The notes under the pieces: model-generated
Told to the model about the DNA's origin: nothing
Database searches by the model: none
What the model saw: only the letters and a program-made list of their open reading frames with translations
Program-made: the position numbers and the translations under genes
Shown here: positions 25,322 through 34,697 of the stretch, one piece after another
How positions within the stretch are numbered: the first letter of the stretch is position 1
How the letters are laid out: every line of letters begins with the position of its first letter
Source: an uncultured Candidatus Saccharibacteria bacterium
GTDB lineage: Bacteria > Patescibacteriota > Minisyncoccia > Phycocordibacterales > UBA9973
Assembly (NCBI GenBank): GCA_964632605.1
Contig: CAZWBZ010000004.1
Location: forward strand, 1-62,672
Direction of reading: 5' to 3'
Length of the DNA stretch: 62,672 nt

Positions 25322-25327
25322 TGCCAT

Positions 25328-27061
25328 ATGCAAATACTTTGGCAATACTTAAAACAATATAAATGGTCAATAGCGCTGGCTTTATTTTTGGCCGCAGTTA
25401 ACCAAGTTTTTTCTTTACTTGATCCTTGGATCTTTCAAAAAGTCATAGATAATTACGCTACAAAACCAAGCCTGTATACAACAGAGCAATTTGTTCGTGG
25501 GGTGGGGGTTTTACTGCTTGCTGCTGTTGGGGTGGCTTTTGTTTCAAGAGTTGCTAAAAACTTTCAAGATTATTTTGTAAATAGAATAACTCAAAAAGTT
25601 GGAACAGAAATGTATACCGATGGTATTAAGGAAACTTTGACCATGCCGTATGAAATGTTCGAAGACGAGCAATCAGGGTCGACTTTGTCTAAAATACAAA
25701 AAGTTCGAACTGACGTAGAAAAATTAATTTCTCTTATAATTAATACTTTGTTTGTTAGCCTGGTTGGCTTTATCTTTGTATTTGTTTACGCTGTTAATAT
25801 TTACTGGGTTATTGCGCCTATTTATTTAGCAGCTGTACCTGTAATTGGAGGTGTTAGTTTTCTCTTATCTAAAAAGATTAAAAAAGTCCAAAAAGATATT
25901 ACAGTAGAAAGTAACGCTTTGGCTGGTAACACCACAGAAACACTTCGCAATATTGAACTTGTAAAAGCTCTTGGGCTAGGCGAGAGAGAAGTAGAAAGAC
26001 TAAAAGCCAACTCTGCTGAAATTCTTAAGCTAGAGCTTAAAAAAGTTAAGTACCTAAGAAGTTTATCTTTTGTCCAAGGCAGTATTGTTAACCTGGTTAG
26101 AACACTGCTTTTAGGTAGCATGCTGTATTTTATATTTACAGGAAAAATTTCCTTTGGAGAATTCTTCTCACTTTGGATTTATTCTTTCTTTCTTTTTGCA
26201 CCTTTGCAAAGTATTGGCGATGTTATTACAAGCTGGAGAGAAGCTCAAGTTTCTCTTGAGAACTTTGCAGAAATTAAAAATAAACCTAAAGAATTTTCCC
26301 CAGAGAGCCCTATTATTGTTAGTACTATAAATGGTATAGAAGCAAAAGACGTTTCTTTTAAGCATCGCCATGCGGAACTAGAAGCCATAAAAGGAATTAG
26401 CTTTTCTGCAAATGCTGGGCAAACTATAGCTTTTGTTGGTCCATCTGGGTCAGGTAAATCTACGCTAATAAAGCTCTTAGTAGGTCTTTATAATTCTCAG
26501 GCAGGGTCTATATCTTATAATGGCAATGATATAAATAAATTTAACAAAGATAATTTACGTAGCCGTATTGGTATTGTGACTCAGGATACTCAATTGTTCT
26601 CCGGGACTCTTTTTGAGAACATTTCTTTTGCTAATAAAGACGCAACCAAAGAGGATTGTATTAATGTTTTAGTAGAAGCTGCTGGTCAAAATATTTTAGA
26701 CAGATCTAGTGATGGTATTGATACTAAAATTGGAGAAAACGGTATAAAGCTTTCTGGCGGGGAGAAGCAGCGTATAGCAATAGCTCGTGCTTTGATACGT
26801 AATCCTGATGTTTTGATATTTGACGAAGCAACCAGTGCTCTGGACTCAATTACCGAAGAGTCTATCAGTAGTACTATTAAATCTTTAGGGGGCGGAAGTA
26901 GAATTACTTTTCTTGTTGCTCATAGACTGGGCACTGTTATGCATGCAGATGTGATTTATGTGCTTAAAGATGGAAAAATTTTCGAGCAAGGTGGTCACGA
27001 AAATCTAATAAAAAATAACAGCCTCTACGCTGCATTATGGAAAGAGCAAAGCGGGGAATAG
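25328..27061 (+). CDS. ABC exporter, fused permease + ATPase (MsbA/MdlB-like half transporter)
   Basis: Six-TM N-terminal half. Walker A GPSGSGKST, signature LSGGEKQR, Walker B VLIFDEATS. TAG stop. Confidence 0.9.
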   Translation: MQILWQYLKQYKWSIALALFLAAVNQVFSLLDPWIFQKVIDNYATKPSLYTTEQFVRGVGVLLLAAVGVAFVSRVAKNFQDYFVNRITQKVGTEMYTDGIKETLTMPYEMFEDEQSGSTLSKIQKVRTDVEKLISLIINTLFVSLVGFIFVFVYAVNIYWVIAPIYLAAVPVIGGVSFLLSKKIKKVQKDITVESNALAGNTTETLRNIELVKALGLGEREVERLKANSAEILKLELKKVKYLRSLSFVQGSIVNLVRTLLLGSMLYFIFTGKISFGEFFSLWIYSFFLFAPLQSIGDVITSWREAQVSLENFAEIKNKPKEFSPESPIIVSTINGIEAKDVSFKHRHAELEAIKGISFSANAGQTIAFVGPSGSGKSTLIKLLVGLYNSQAGSISYNGNDINKFNKDNLRSRIGIVTQDTQLFSGTLFENISFANKDATKEDCINVLVEAAGQNILDRSSDGIDTKIGENGIKLSGGEKQRIAIARALIRNPDVLIFDEATSALDSITEESISSTIKSLGGGSRITFLVAHRLGTVMHADVIYVLKDGKIFEQGGHENLIKNNSLYAALWKEQSGE

Positions 27062-27067
27062 TTTTTC

Positions 27068-27096
27068 TTGACATATGTGCTCTTGGTAAGTAGGAT
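27068..27096 (+). promoter_or_regulatory. Candidate sigma70-type promoter
   Basis: TTGACA (27068-27073), 17-nt spacer, TAGGAT (27091-27096). About 75 nt upstream of the ATG at 27171. Confidence 0.35.
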
Positions 27097-27170
27097 AGGG
27101 TTTATAAATTGCTTTTATTAAGATTGCTCGTAACAGTCTAAAAGCATTGTTTTTATTAATTCGTTTCATT

Positions 27171-30100
27171 ATGCAAAAAATCACAAAGATATTCGGATCT
27201 CTTTTGGTGTTAGGAGCTCTTGTTTTAAATACTGTAGCTGTAGTTTCTGCTGCTTCTAGTATCTCTATTAGTAATCCTGGTTTTGAATCTAATCCTGCTT
27301 TTGTTGGCTGGAATGCTGGTTCAAACTGGACAGCGGACTCTAGTGCTAAGCACGGTGGCAGTAAAGCTGCCCGCGTAAAAGGCTCTACTAATTCTAGCAG
27401 TATCTTGAAACAGTCTCCACTATCAACTGCCGGGTATAATAATATCAAAGTTTCTTTTTGGTATTATGCAGGTGAAAGTTTAGAATCAAGTGATTTCGTA
27501 AAAGCGGAATATACAACAGATGGAACAACTTGGAGTACTTTTTATACTATTAACGATGATAATGATTATTCTGGCGGTAGTCATGACGACGATGATGATG
27601 AAGACGATCACCACAACAATAACAATTCAAATAGCGGCTGGTACCAAGCGGTTTCATCTACTTTGCCTGGTGTAGCAAATGATAATCCTAATTTCGGTAT
27701 TCGTTTTGTTGCTAATTTGGATTCTTCTAGTAGAGATTACGTAAACATTGATGACGTTAGTGTTACAGGAGACCAAATACAGTACAAGGTTCTTTCTGTT
27801 AGTGTTGTTGGAGATGGATCTGTTTCTTCAAGTCCAGCTGGTATTAGCTGCGGCGCTGACTGTAGTGAATCTTACGTAAAAGATACTGTTGTTTCTTTAA
27901 CAGCTACCCCAGCTACTGGTTTTGAATTTACTGGATGGTCTGGCGCATGTAGCGGTACTGCTGCTTGTTCTGTAACTATGAGCAATGCTAAAACAGTTAC
28001 AGCAAATTTTGACGCAATAAAGACAACAATTAGTGCAACAAAAATTGTTTGTAATAACGAATCTGATTTGCCTAATTGGGGTTCTGGGGCAGCGGATATA
28101 ACTGCAACTACTGCTAATGATTATGTAGCTTCTCATGCTAATTGTCATTTAGAAAAAGACTGGAATTTTGAATGGGCGCTATATAGTGCTGGAAACCCAG
28201 GAGACAATTCTTTGTCTGGTGGTTCTTCATGGAATGTTTTTGGTCCAACAAATAATTCAGGTATTGCTACTACTGTAGTAGCAGGGCAAGAGCCTTTGTG
28301 GGTTCGTGAACAAATGAAACCAGGATATGTTACTTTTTCTGGAGCAACTAGTGACCTAGATAGTGAAGTTTCTAAAAAATCAGCAGAAATTTACTGTCAA
28401 AGTGACGTTCTAAATTACGATAACTTTGACTATATTAACCAACCTGCTTCTTCAAGTACTGTTTACTGTGTTGCTTTTAATGCACTAGAAAAGCCTGTAG
28501 AAATTGTTAAGCCTGTTATTTCTTTCCTTGGCTTCCGTGATCAAGCTGATGGTTCTTATAATCCTGAAATGCCAATAAATTCTTGCGGCGCTGTTAATAC
28601 AACAGGTGCTATTGCATGGGAATGGAAATTAGATTCTGGAACAGCTCCTATGAGTTATAAATACACTATTACTAGTGGTCCAACAGCTATCGGGTATACA
28701 GCTACAATACCTAATACTTACTACAACGGAACAATTCCAATGGAAGGTACTTATGTTGTAGAAGTAGTCGGCACAGATGCTAATAGTGTAGAAAGTGCGC
28801 CTATTTCTTGCGCTGTTACTTACACAAAGACTCCTGCTACTGTCGACCAATGTCCAAACATAGAAGGAACTCAAGAATCTGTTCCAGAGGGCAAGCACAA
28901 AGATAACGAAGGTAATTGTGTACAAAACGAAGTAGTTCCAGTTTGCAGCGAAAAAACAATGGATGTAGTTTCTGGAACAGATGATCTTTCTGGAAGTTTG
29001 CCTGCTGTTTTGCAAAGCTATATTCATGGCGCTTGGAATACATCTCTTGGTGGTAACTGGATTTGGAATGTTTTAGGCGTGACAAGCCCTACTACTGATG
29101 AAGAAGCAACATTTGCAAAATCTTTTACAATACCGGGTACTCCTTTGTCTGCAACTCTTGATGTTTTGGCTGACAATTCATATTCTGGTTTTGTTAATAG
29201 CTTTACAAGTATCCTAGGTGCTGATGCTGAAAACTTTGGTTCTCCAGATAGTTATAATATTCCAGTAGAAAATCTAGTAAATGGATCAAATAATATTTCA
29301 TTTACTGTTAAAAACTGGGCTCAAGAAGAGGGCAGTGCAGAATCTAACCCAGCTGGTCTAAACTATAAACTACATGTTATTTATAAAGAATGTACTACTC
29401 CTGAAGTTCCAGTTAATACTGCTCCTGTGATAACTCTTAATACTGACACAGATGTTTTGTATGTAGGGGGCGCTTATACAGAAGCCGGTGCAGTAGTTAA
29501 TGATACAGAAGATAATCTTGTTAATTTCCCAGTAACTAGTATTTCAGGGACTGTGGATACAAGTATTGCTGGTAACTACACAATAACTTATACATATACT
29601 GATACTGGCGGTCTTACTGCAACTATAACTAGAACAGTTACTGTAAACCCAGCAGTAGTTATAATTGATGAAGACCCTAAAACTCAGTGTAATGATGGTA
29701 TCGATAATGACGGCGACAACAAAATAGACTTTACTGGCGAAAACGCTGACAGCGGATGCAGTAGCTCTGAAGATAATGATGAAACTAATCCAGTAGTAGT
29801 TGTACCAGAAAATCCTGGTAACCCTGGCGGAGTAGTACCTACAGCATTCTTAGGAGGAGCTCCAGCACCTCAAGGTAGAGTACTGGGCGCTAGTACAACT
29901 TGCGGAATTTATCTAGAAAAATATTTACGTAAGGGTTATAAAAATGATGAAGAATCAGTAAAGAAGGTTCAAAATTTCTTAAATGATTATTTTAAACTAA
30001 ATATCCCCGTAACTGGATTCTTTGGTCCACAAACAGATTCTGGTGTTAAAAAATTCCAAACAAAATTTGCAGATGAAATCTTGAAACCATGGAAATTGAA

Positions 30101-30227
30101 TTCTCCAACAGGAATTGTTTACCTAACTACAACAACAAAGATAAACAAAATAATGTGTCCAGAGCTTGATTTACAAACTCCGACTTTGATCCCAATCGAT
30201 CAAAATCCAGAAGCTCCAAAACTTTAA
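27171..30227 (+). CDS. Large secreted multidomain protein with a C-terminal peptidoglycan-binding (PG_binding_1-like) domain
   Basis: The ATG at 27171 gives a clean signal peptide (MQKITKIFGSLLVLGALVLNTVAVVSA). Contains an acidic/His tract HDDDDDEDDHHNNNN, an InlB-B-repeat-like segment (GWSGACSG...C), an Ig-like DUF5011-type segment and a CNDGIDNDGDNKID motif. The C-terminus VKKVQNFLN...GFFGPQTDSGVKKFQ is PG-binding-like. Confidence 0.75.
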   Translation: MQKITKIFGSLLVLGALVLNTVAVVSAASSISISNPGFESNPAFVGWNAGSNWTADSSAKHGGSKAARVKGSTNSSSILKQSPLSTAGYNNIKVSFWYYAGESLESSDFVKAEYTTDGTTWSTFYTINDDNDYSGGSHDDDDDEDDHHNNNNSNSGWYQAVSSTLPGVANDNPNFGIRFVANLDSSSRDYVNIDDVSVTGDQIQYKVLSVSVVGDGSVSSSPAGISCGADCSESYVKDTVVSLTATPATGFEFTGWSGACSGTAACSVTMSNAKTVTANFDAIKTTISATKIVCNNESDLPNWGSGAADITATTANDYVASHANCHLEKDWNFEWALYSAGNPGDNSLSGGSSWNVFGPTNNSGIATTVVAGQEPLWVREQMKPGYVTFSGATSDLDSEVSKKSAEIYCQSDVLNYDNFDYINQPASSSTVYCVAFNALEKPVEIVKPVISFLGFRDQADGSYNPEMPINSCGAVNTTGAIAWEWKLDSGTAPMSYKYTITSGPTAIGYTATIPNTYYNGTIPMEGTYVVEVVGTDANSVESAPISCAVTYTKTPATVDQCPNIEGTQESVPEGKHKDNEGNCVQNEVVPVCSEKTMDVVSGTDDLSGSLPAVLQSYIHGAWNTSLGGNWIWNVLGVTSPTTDEEATFAKSFTIPGTPLSATLDVLADNSYSGFVNSFTSILGADAENFGSPDSYNIPVENLVNGSNNISFTVKNWAQEEGSAESNPAGLNYKLHVIYKECTTPEVPVNTAPVITLNTDTDVLYVGGAYTEAGAVVNDTEDNLVNFPVTSISGTVDTSIAGNYTITYTYTDTGGLTATITRTVTVNPAVVIIDEDPKTQCNDGIDNDGDNKIDFTGENADSGCSSSEDNDETNPVVVVPENPGNPGGVVPTAFLGGAPAPQGRVLGASTTCGIYLEKYLRKGYKNDEESVKKVQNFLNDYFKLNIPVTGFFGPQTDSGVKKFQTKFADEILKPWKLNSPTGIVYLTTTTKINKIMCPELDLQTPTLIPIDQNPEAPKL

Positions 30228-30240
30228 TTAGTTTTCTAAA

Positions 30241-30273
30241 AAGAGCCCCTTGCCAGACAGGCAGGGGGCTCTT
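30241..30273 (+). terminator. GC-rich 14-bp hairpin after the 27171-30227 gene
   Basis: aagagccccttgcc-agaca-ggcagggggctctt. It lacks a strong downstream T-run, so confidence is moderate. Confidence 0.5.
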
Positions 30274-30292
30274 GCTGTATGTAAATATTATG

Positions 30293-30301
30293 TGTTATAA
30301 T
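30293..30301 (+). promoter_or_regulatory. Extended -10 box (tgttataat) ending 6 nt before an in-frame GTG
   Basis: TGn+TATAAT at 30293-30301; GTG at 30308. The track's TTG (30272) lies inside the terminator hairpin, and the ATG (30290) lies immediately upstream of and abutting this -10 element. Confidence 0.4.
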
Positions 30302-30307
30302 ATTTTT

Positions 30308-31339
30308 GTGAAAAAAATCGCTAATTTCTTTAAACACGTTTTTGTTCCACATGAGGGTAATGACTATACTCCTCATTTTTTACGTGAAGGCTCTATAGTT
30401 TTCCTATGTATTTTAGCGTTGGTGGTGTTTTCTTTTTCTGCTTCAACCAAGTTTTATATAAAAAAGACTAATATGACTGGCGCTGTCTTGCCGGCGGTGT
30501 TAGTTGATCTTACTAACAGCGACAGAGCAAGTAGTGGGCTTAGCGGCCTAACTAGAAATAGTGTCCTAGACGAGGCTGCAAGGCTAAAGGCTGAAGATAT
30601 GGCACAGAATCAATACTTTGCTCACAATAGTCCAAATGGTCTAACACCGTGGCATTTTATGGACAAAGCTGGGTATTCTTTTGCTTATGCTGGAGAGAAT
30701 TTGGCTGTGGATTTTACTGAATCTAATGATGTTGAGAATGCATGGCTTCTTTCTCCAAAGCACCGCGCAAATATTATGGACGCTAGATTTACAGAAATAG
30801 GTATTGCTACAGTAGACGCAGTTTTTGAAGGTAAAAATACTACTTTTGTTGTACAAATGTTTGGTAAGCCTATGGTTAAGAATGATTCTTTGGCTGAAAA
30901 TAAAACTAAAGATCTTGAAGCTAAAAAGGATACTAAAACTGTAGAGCCAGTAAAAATTGCCTTAGCTCCTGAAGTTAAAGGTGAGTCTATTGCAGTAGAG
31001 ACAAAAGTTGAAAAAGTTATAGAAAATAAAGAATTTGCTATGGTTAAAAATGTTGAAGCCATCGAAGAAATTCCTGTTTCTGTTGCTGACGCATCTAGCA
31101 CACCAGTAGAGCAAAACTCTTCTTTTTTCGAGAGATTAATTTTTCGTAGCCCTTATATAACTGATATGGTCTACAGAGTTCTAATTTTAGTTGTTTTAAT
31201 TTCTTTAATTTTAATGGTGTTTATTGAGATTAAAAAACAAAAACCTAAAAACATAGCTTATGGAATAATAGTGCTTTTCTTAATAGTTGGTTTGTCTTAT
31301 ATAAACAAAGCTATTTTTATGAGTACTTTGCTTTTTTAG
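30308..31339 (+). CDS. Membrane-anchored CAP/SCP (cysteine-rich secretory protein family) domain protein
   Basis: CAP-like core LDEAARLKAEDMAQNQYFAHNSPNG...YAGENLA...WLLSPKHRANIMD..FTEIGIA. TM helices near both ends. The start is uncertain (30272 TTG, 30290 ATG or 30308 GTG). Confidence 0.65.
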   Translation: MKKIANFFKHVFVPHEGNDYTPHFLREGSIVFLCILALVVFSFSASTKFYIKKTNMTGAVLPAVLVDLTNSDRASSGLSGLTRNSVLDEAARLKAEDMAQNQYFAHNSPNGLTPWHFMDKAGYSFAYAGENLAVDFTESNDVENAWLLSPKHRANIMDARFTEIGIATVDAVFEGKNTTFVVQMFGKPMVKNDSLAENKTKDLEAKKDTKTVEPVKIALAPEVKGESIAVETKVEKVIENKEFAMVKNVEAIEEIPVSVADASSTPVEQNSSFFERLIFRSPYITDMVYRVLILVVLISLILMVFIEIKKQKPKNIAYGIIVLFLIVGLSYINKAIFMSTLLF

Positions 31340-31353
31340 ATAAAAAATAATTG

Positions 31354-31362
31354 TGCTAGAAT
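31354..31362 (+). promoter_or_regulatory. Extended -10 box (tgctagaat) ending 9 nt before the ATG
   Basis: TGn+TAGAAT at 31354-31362; ATG at 31372. Confidence 0.4.
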
Positions 31363-31371
31363 GCGCTATAC

Positions 31372-33036
31372 ATGACCCAGTCTGACGCATTAACTATTTT
31401 AAAAACAGGAGCAAATGTATTTTTGACTGGAGAGCCAGGCAGTGGCAAAACTCATACCTTGAGAGAATATATTAAATACTTGAAAGAATATGGTGTAGAC
31501 CCAGTGGTTACGGCTTCTACTGGTATTGCCGCTACTCATATTGGCGGCGTAACTATACATTCTTGGAGCGGCATTGGCGCCAAAGAATATATTAGCGAAT
31601 ACGAAATAGACAGAATAGCTAGTACCGAACATGTTGCAAAAAGAATCACTAAAGCCAAGGTCTTAATAATAGACGAAGTCTCGATGCTTTCAGGGCGCAC
31701 AATCTATGCAATAGATAATATTATTAAATCTATAAAGGGTAGTAACGAGCCATTTGGTGGCTTACAGGTTGTTTTCGTCGGGGACTTTTTTCAGTTACCA
31801 CCAATAAAAAGAAACGGAGAAGAAGATGACTTTGCTTTTTCTTCACGCTCCTGGAGAGACGCAAAAGTTGTAGTTTGCTATCTTAGCGAACAACATCGTA
31901 ACCAAAATTCTGAGCTTTTCGAAATACTTTCTGCTGCTAGAAATAATAATTTGAAAGATGTTCATTTTGAAATGTTAAGCTCTAGAATAACAAAGTTAGA
32001 TAATCTAAAAAATGAAACTAAATTATTTACACACAATAAAGATGTAGATATTTTAAATAAAGAAAAACTAGAAGCTTTGCCTGGTAAGAAGCATGTCTTT
32101 AATATGATCCACAAAGGCAACCCCACGATGGCGGCTAGTCTTGCACGGGGATGTCTTTCTCCTGAAATTTTGGATTTAAAAATTGGAGCGCGTGTTATGT
32201 GTACCAAAAACAATGTTGCCAGAGGTTTTGTTAATGGGACTCTTGGAACTATTGTTTCTTTTGGGGCTAGCGGCGGCTACCCAATAATTAAGACATTAGA
32301 TGGCAATGAAATTTTAGTCGAGCCTATGACTTGGCAAGTAGAAGTAGATGGCAAGGTAAAAGCGGAAATATTTCAGGTACCGCTGCGTTTAGCGTGGGCT
32401 ATAACAGTGCATAAAAGCCAGGGTATGACTTTGTCTGGCGCAGCTATTGATTTGTCTCATTCTTTTGAGTATGGCCAAGGTTATGTTGCTTTGTCGCGAC
32501 TAACATCATTATCTGGACTTGAACTAATTGGAATAAATAATAATTCTTTAAAGGTCCACCCAACAGTGCTAGACATGGACGACTATTTCCAAACAGAAAG
32601 TTCTAAAAGTGAAGCATTTTTGTTTTCTTCTTCTAAAGCAGAGCTGGATAAATTAGCAGAGCAATTTGTTATTTTTTGCGATGGAAGTTTAAAAAAAGAA
32701 AAAAAACCTCTTGAGAAAAAAACAACAACTCACGAGGCTACAATGAATTTATTAAAACAAGGTTTAGACGTAGATGCTATTTGTAGGGAAAGAAATTTGA
32801 AGCCAGATACTGTTATAGACCATTTATATGTACTACATGAAAGAGGTGACATTACTAACGGTGAATTAATTTCTGTAGTACCTCCTTTTTTAGCTAAAAA
32901 TTTGAATAAAATTTATAAAGCCTTTGATTCTTGCGGGGAAGAGAAGCTTTCTCCTGTTTTTGAGTACCTAAAGGGCGAGTACCCGTATACAGATTTAAAG
33001 CTTTGCCGTATTTTATACAACGCACTATACAAATAG
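31372..33036 (+). CDS. PIF1/RecD-family SF1 helicase with a C-terminal helix-turn-helix region
   Basis: Walker A GEPGSGKTH, Walker B IIDEVSM, VGDFFQLPPI, and the late motif ITVHKSQGMT...YVALSR. Confidence 0.8.
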   Translation: MTQSDALTILKTGANVFLTGEPGSGKTHTLREYIKYLKEYGVDPVVTASTGIAATHIGGVTIHSWSGIGAKEYISEYEIDRIASTEHVAKRITKAKVLIIDEVSMLSGRTIYAIDNIIKSIKGSNEPFGGLQVVFVGDFFQLPPIKRNGEEDDFAFSSRSWRDAKVVVCYLSEQHRNQNSELFEILSAARNNNLKDVHFEMLSSRITKLDNLKNETKLFTHNKDVDILNKEKLEALPGKKHVFNMIHKGNPTMAASLARGCLSPEILDLKIGARVMCTKNNVARGFVNGTLGTIVSFGASGGYPIIKTLDGNEILVEPMTWQVEVDGKVKAEIFQVPLRLAWAITVHKSQGMTLSGAAIDLSHSFEYGQGYVALSRLTSLSGLELIGINNNSLKVHPTVLDMDDYFQTESSKSEAFLFSSSKAELDKLAEQFVIFCDGSLKKEKKPLEKKTTTHEATMNLLKQGLDVDAICRERNLKPDTVIDHLYVLHERGDITNGELISVVPPFLAKNLNKIYKAFDSCGEEKLSPVFEYLKGEYPYTDLKLCRILYNALYK

Positions 33037-33062
33037 TAAAGTTAGGAATATCTCAAGGACTG

Positions 33063-33071
33063 TGTTATAGT
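33063..33071 (+). promoter_or_regulatory. Extended -10-like box (tgttatagt) ~100 nt upstream of the RRM gene
   Basis: TGn+TATAGT. This would give a long 5' UTR, unlike most neighbouring genes. Confidence 0.3.
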
Positions 33072-33172
33072 AATTTTGTAAAAGTTCCAATTCTTCGCTT
33101 TCTTTGCATTAAGCTTTAGGTACGAGGCATCGGGTGTTTACACATTATCAGGAAATATACATTTCCAATTAT

Positions 33173-33424
33173 ATGGCTACAAAGCTTTTTGTTGGCTCTC
33201 TAGCGTGGGCAACCCGCGATGAGACTCTTATGGATCATTTCGCAGCTATCGGCCCAGTTGCCTCAGCTCGCGTTGTAATGGATAAGATGACTGGTCGCTC
33301 TAAGGGATTCGGTTTCGTAGAATACGATAACGATTCTGACGCGCAGACTGCTGTCGATAAACTAAATGGTAGTGAGCTCGATGGACGTAAAATTACTGTT
33401 CAAGAATCTCGCCCACGCGAATAA
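33173..33424 (+). CDS. RRM-type (RNP-1/RNP-2) RNA-binding protein
   Basis: RNP-2 KLFVGSL and RNP-1 KGFGFVEY. The ATG at 33173 is preferred over the track's GTG at 33134. Codons are visibly richer in G/C third positions than in neighbouring genes. Confidence 0.85.
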   Translation: MATKLFVGSLAWATRDETLMDHFAAIGPVASARVVMDKMTGRSKGFGFVEYDNDSDAQTAVDKLNGSELDGRKITVQESRPRE

Positions 33425-33437
33425 TATCGCATAAAAC

Positions 33438-33466
33438 AAAACCCCACATTTGTGGGGTTTTGTTTT
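33438..33466 (+). terminator. Intrinsic terminator
   Basis: aaaaccccaca-tt-tgtggggtttt followed by a T-run. Confidence 0.75.
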
Positions 33467-33467
33467 A

Positions 33468-33476
33468 TGTTAGAAT
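33468..33476 (+). promoter_or_regulatory. Extended -10 box (tgttagaat) ending 6 nt before the ATG: leaderless-type promoter
   Basis: TGn+TAGAAT at 33468-33476; ATG at 33483. It directly abuts the upstream terminator. Confidence 0.45.
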
Positions 33477-33482
33477 GTCATC

Positions 33483-34673
33483 ATGAATACAGAAGAACTA
33501 AACCAGAAAGCTGTTGAATACCACAAAGAGCATGGCGGTAAAATCGGTACAGAATTATTGGCCCCACTAAAAGATAAGACAGATTTATCTTTGGCTTATA
33601 GTCCCGGTGTTGGGGCTGTGACTATGGCTATATCTAAAGATTTATCTTTGGCGCATTCTTTAACTTTAAAAGGTCATACTGTTGCTATAATTAGTGATGG
33701 CTCTGCAATACTTGGTTTGGGTAACTTAGGTGCAGAACCTGCGATACCAGTAATGGAAGGCAAAGCCGCACTACTAAAGCATTTTGCTGGTGTTGATGCT
33801 TTTCCTATTTGTTTAACTACTCAGGATCCTGATGAAATTATCGAAACAGTAATGAGAATTGCGCCGGTTTTTGGCGCAATAAATTTGGAAGATATTTCCG
33901 CTCCAAGATGTTTTTATGTAGAAGAAGAGTTGAGAAAAAGATTAAATATTCCCGTAATGCATGATGACCAATGGGGTACAGCAACTGTTGTTTTGGCGGG
34001 GTTAATTAATTCTTTGAAATTAACTAATAAAAAAATAGATGAAATTAAAATAGTTATATCTGGGATTGGGGCAGCAGGTGTTGCTGTATCTCGGCTTCTT
34101 TTTACAGCTGGAGTAAAAAATATTTTGTTTATTGATTCCAAGGGTATCATTACAAAAGACCGCAATGATTTAACAAAAGAAAAAATAGAGCTACTTAACA
34201 AAAGTTCCATGGATTCAAAACCTGGAGAACTAAAGGATGCCCTGGTTTCTGCGGATGTTTTTATTGGGCTTTCTAAGCCAGGAGTTTTAACTATAGAGAT
34301 GGTTAAATCTATGTCAGAAAAGCCTGTAATTTTTGCTTTAGCTAATCCTGTTCCTGAAATAATGCCAAATGATGCGAAAGATGCCGGGGCTTATATTGTG
34401 GCTACTGGTAGATCTGATTTTGCTAACCAAGTAAACAATGCTCTTGTTTTTCCGGGTGTACTAAAAGCAGCACTGGAATTCCCAGGGGCACAGTTTGAAA
34501 ACGAGGTATTTTTAGGCGCAGCAAATGCGTTGGCTGATTTAGTGACTGATTTAAACACTGAAAATATTATTCCAAGCCCATTTGATGATGGTGTTGTGCC
34601 CGCAATTTATAGTGCAACTAAAAAAGTTTTTGAAAAACAGGTTGCAACAAGAGATATAAAAACAGTACAATAG
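33483..34673 (+). CDS. NAD(P)-dependent malic enzyme (short form)
   Basis: LSLAYSPGVG, NLEDISAPRCF, Rossmann motif SGIGAAGVA, and FPGV near the C-terminus. About 396 aa. Confidence 0.85.
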   Translation: MNTEELNQKAVEYHKEHGGKIGTELLAPLKDKTDLSLAYSPGVGAVTMAISKDLSLAHSLTLKGHTVAIISDGSAILGLGNLGAEPAIPVMEGKAALLKHFAGVDAFPICLTTQDPDEIIETVMRIAPVFGAINLEDISAPRCFYVEEELRKRLNIPVMHDDQWGTATVVLAGLINSLKLTNKKIDEIKIVISGIGAAGVAVSRLLFTAGVKNILFIDSKGIITKDRNDLTKEKIELLNKSSMDSKPGELKDALVSADVFIGLSKPGVLTIEMVKSMSEKPVIFALANPVPEIMPNDAKDAGAYIVATGRSDFANQVNNALVFPGVLKAALEFPGAQFENEVFLGAANALADLVTDLNTENIIPSPFDDGVVPAIYSATKKVFEKQVATRDIKTVQ

Positions 34674-34697
34674 TAATATCAGTTTTTATAAACAAAT

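Noticed and set aside
27035-27448. 137-aa minus-strand ORF spanning the ABC-exporter stop and the start of the next gene
   Set aside because: It overlaps two well-supported plus-strand genes and their intergenic promoter, and has no motif or plausible start context.
32690-32730. Runs of A7-A8 inside the helicase gene as programmed frameshift or phase-variation sites
   Set aside because: They simply encode a Lys/Glu-rich linker (LKKEKKPLEKK) in frame, and the gene is intact. There is no alternative-frame ORF of note downstream.
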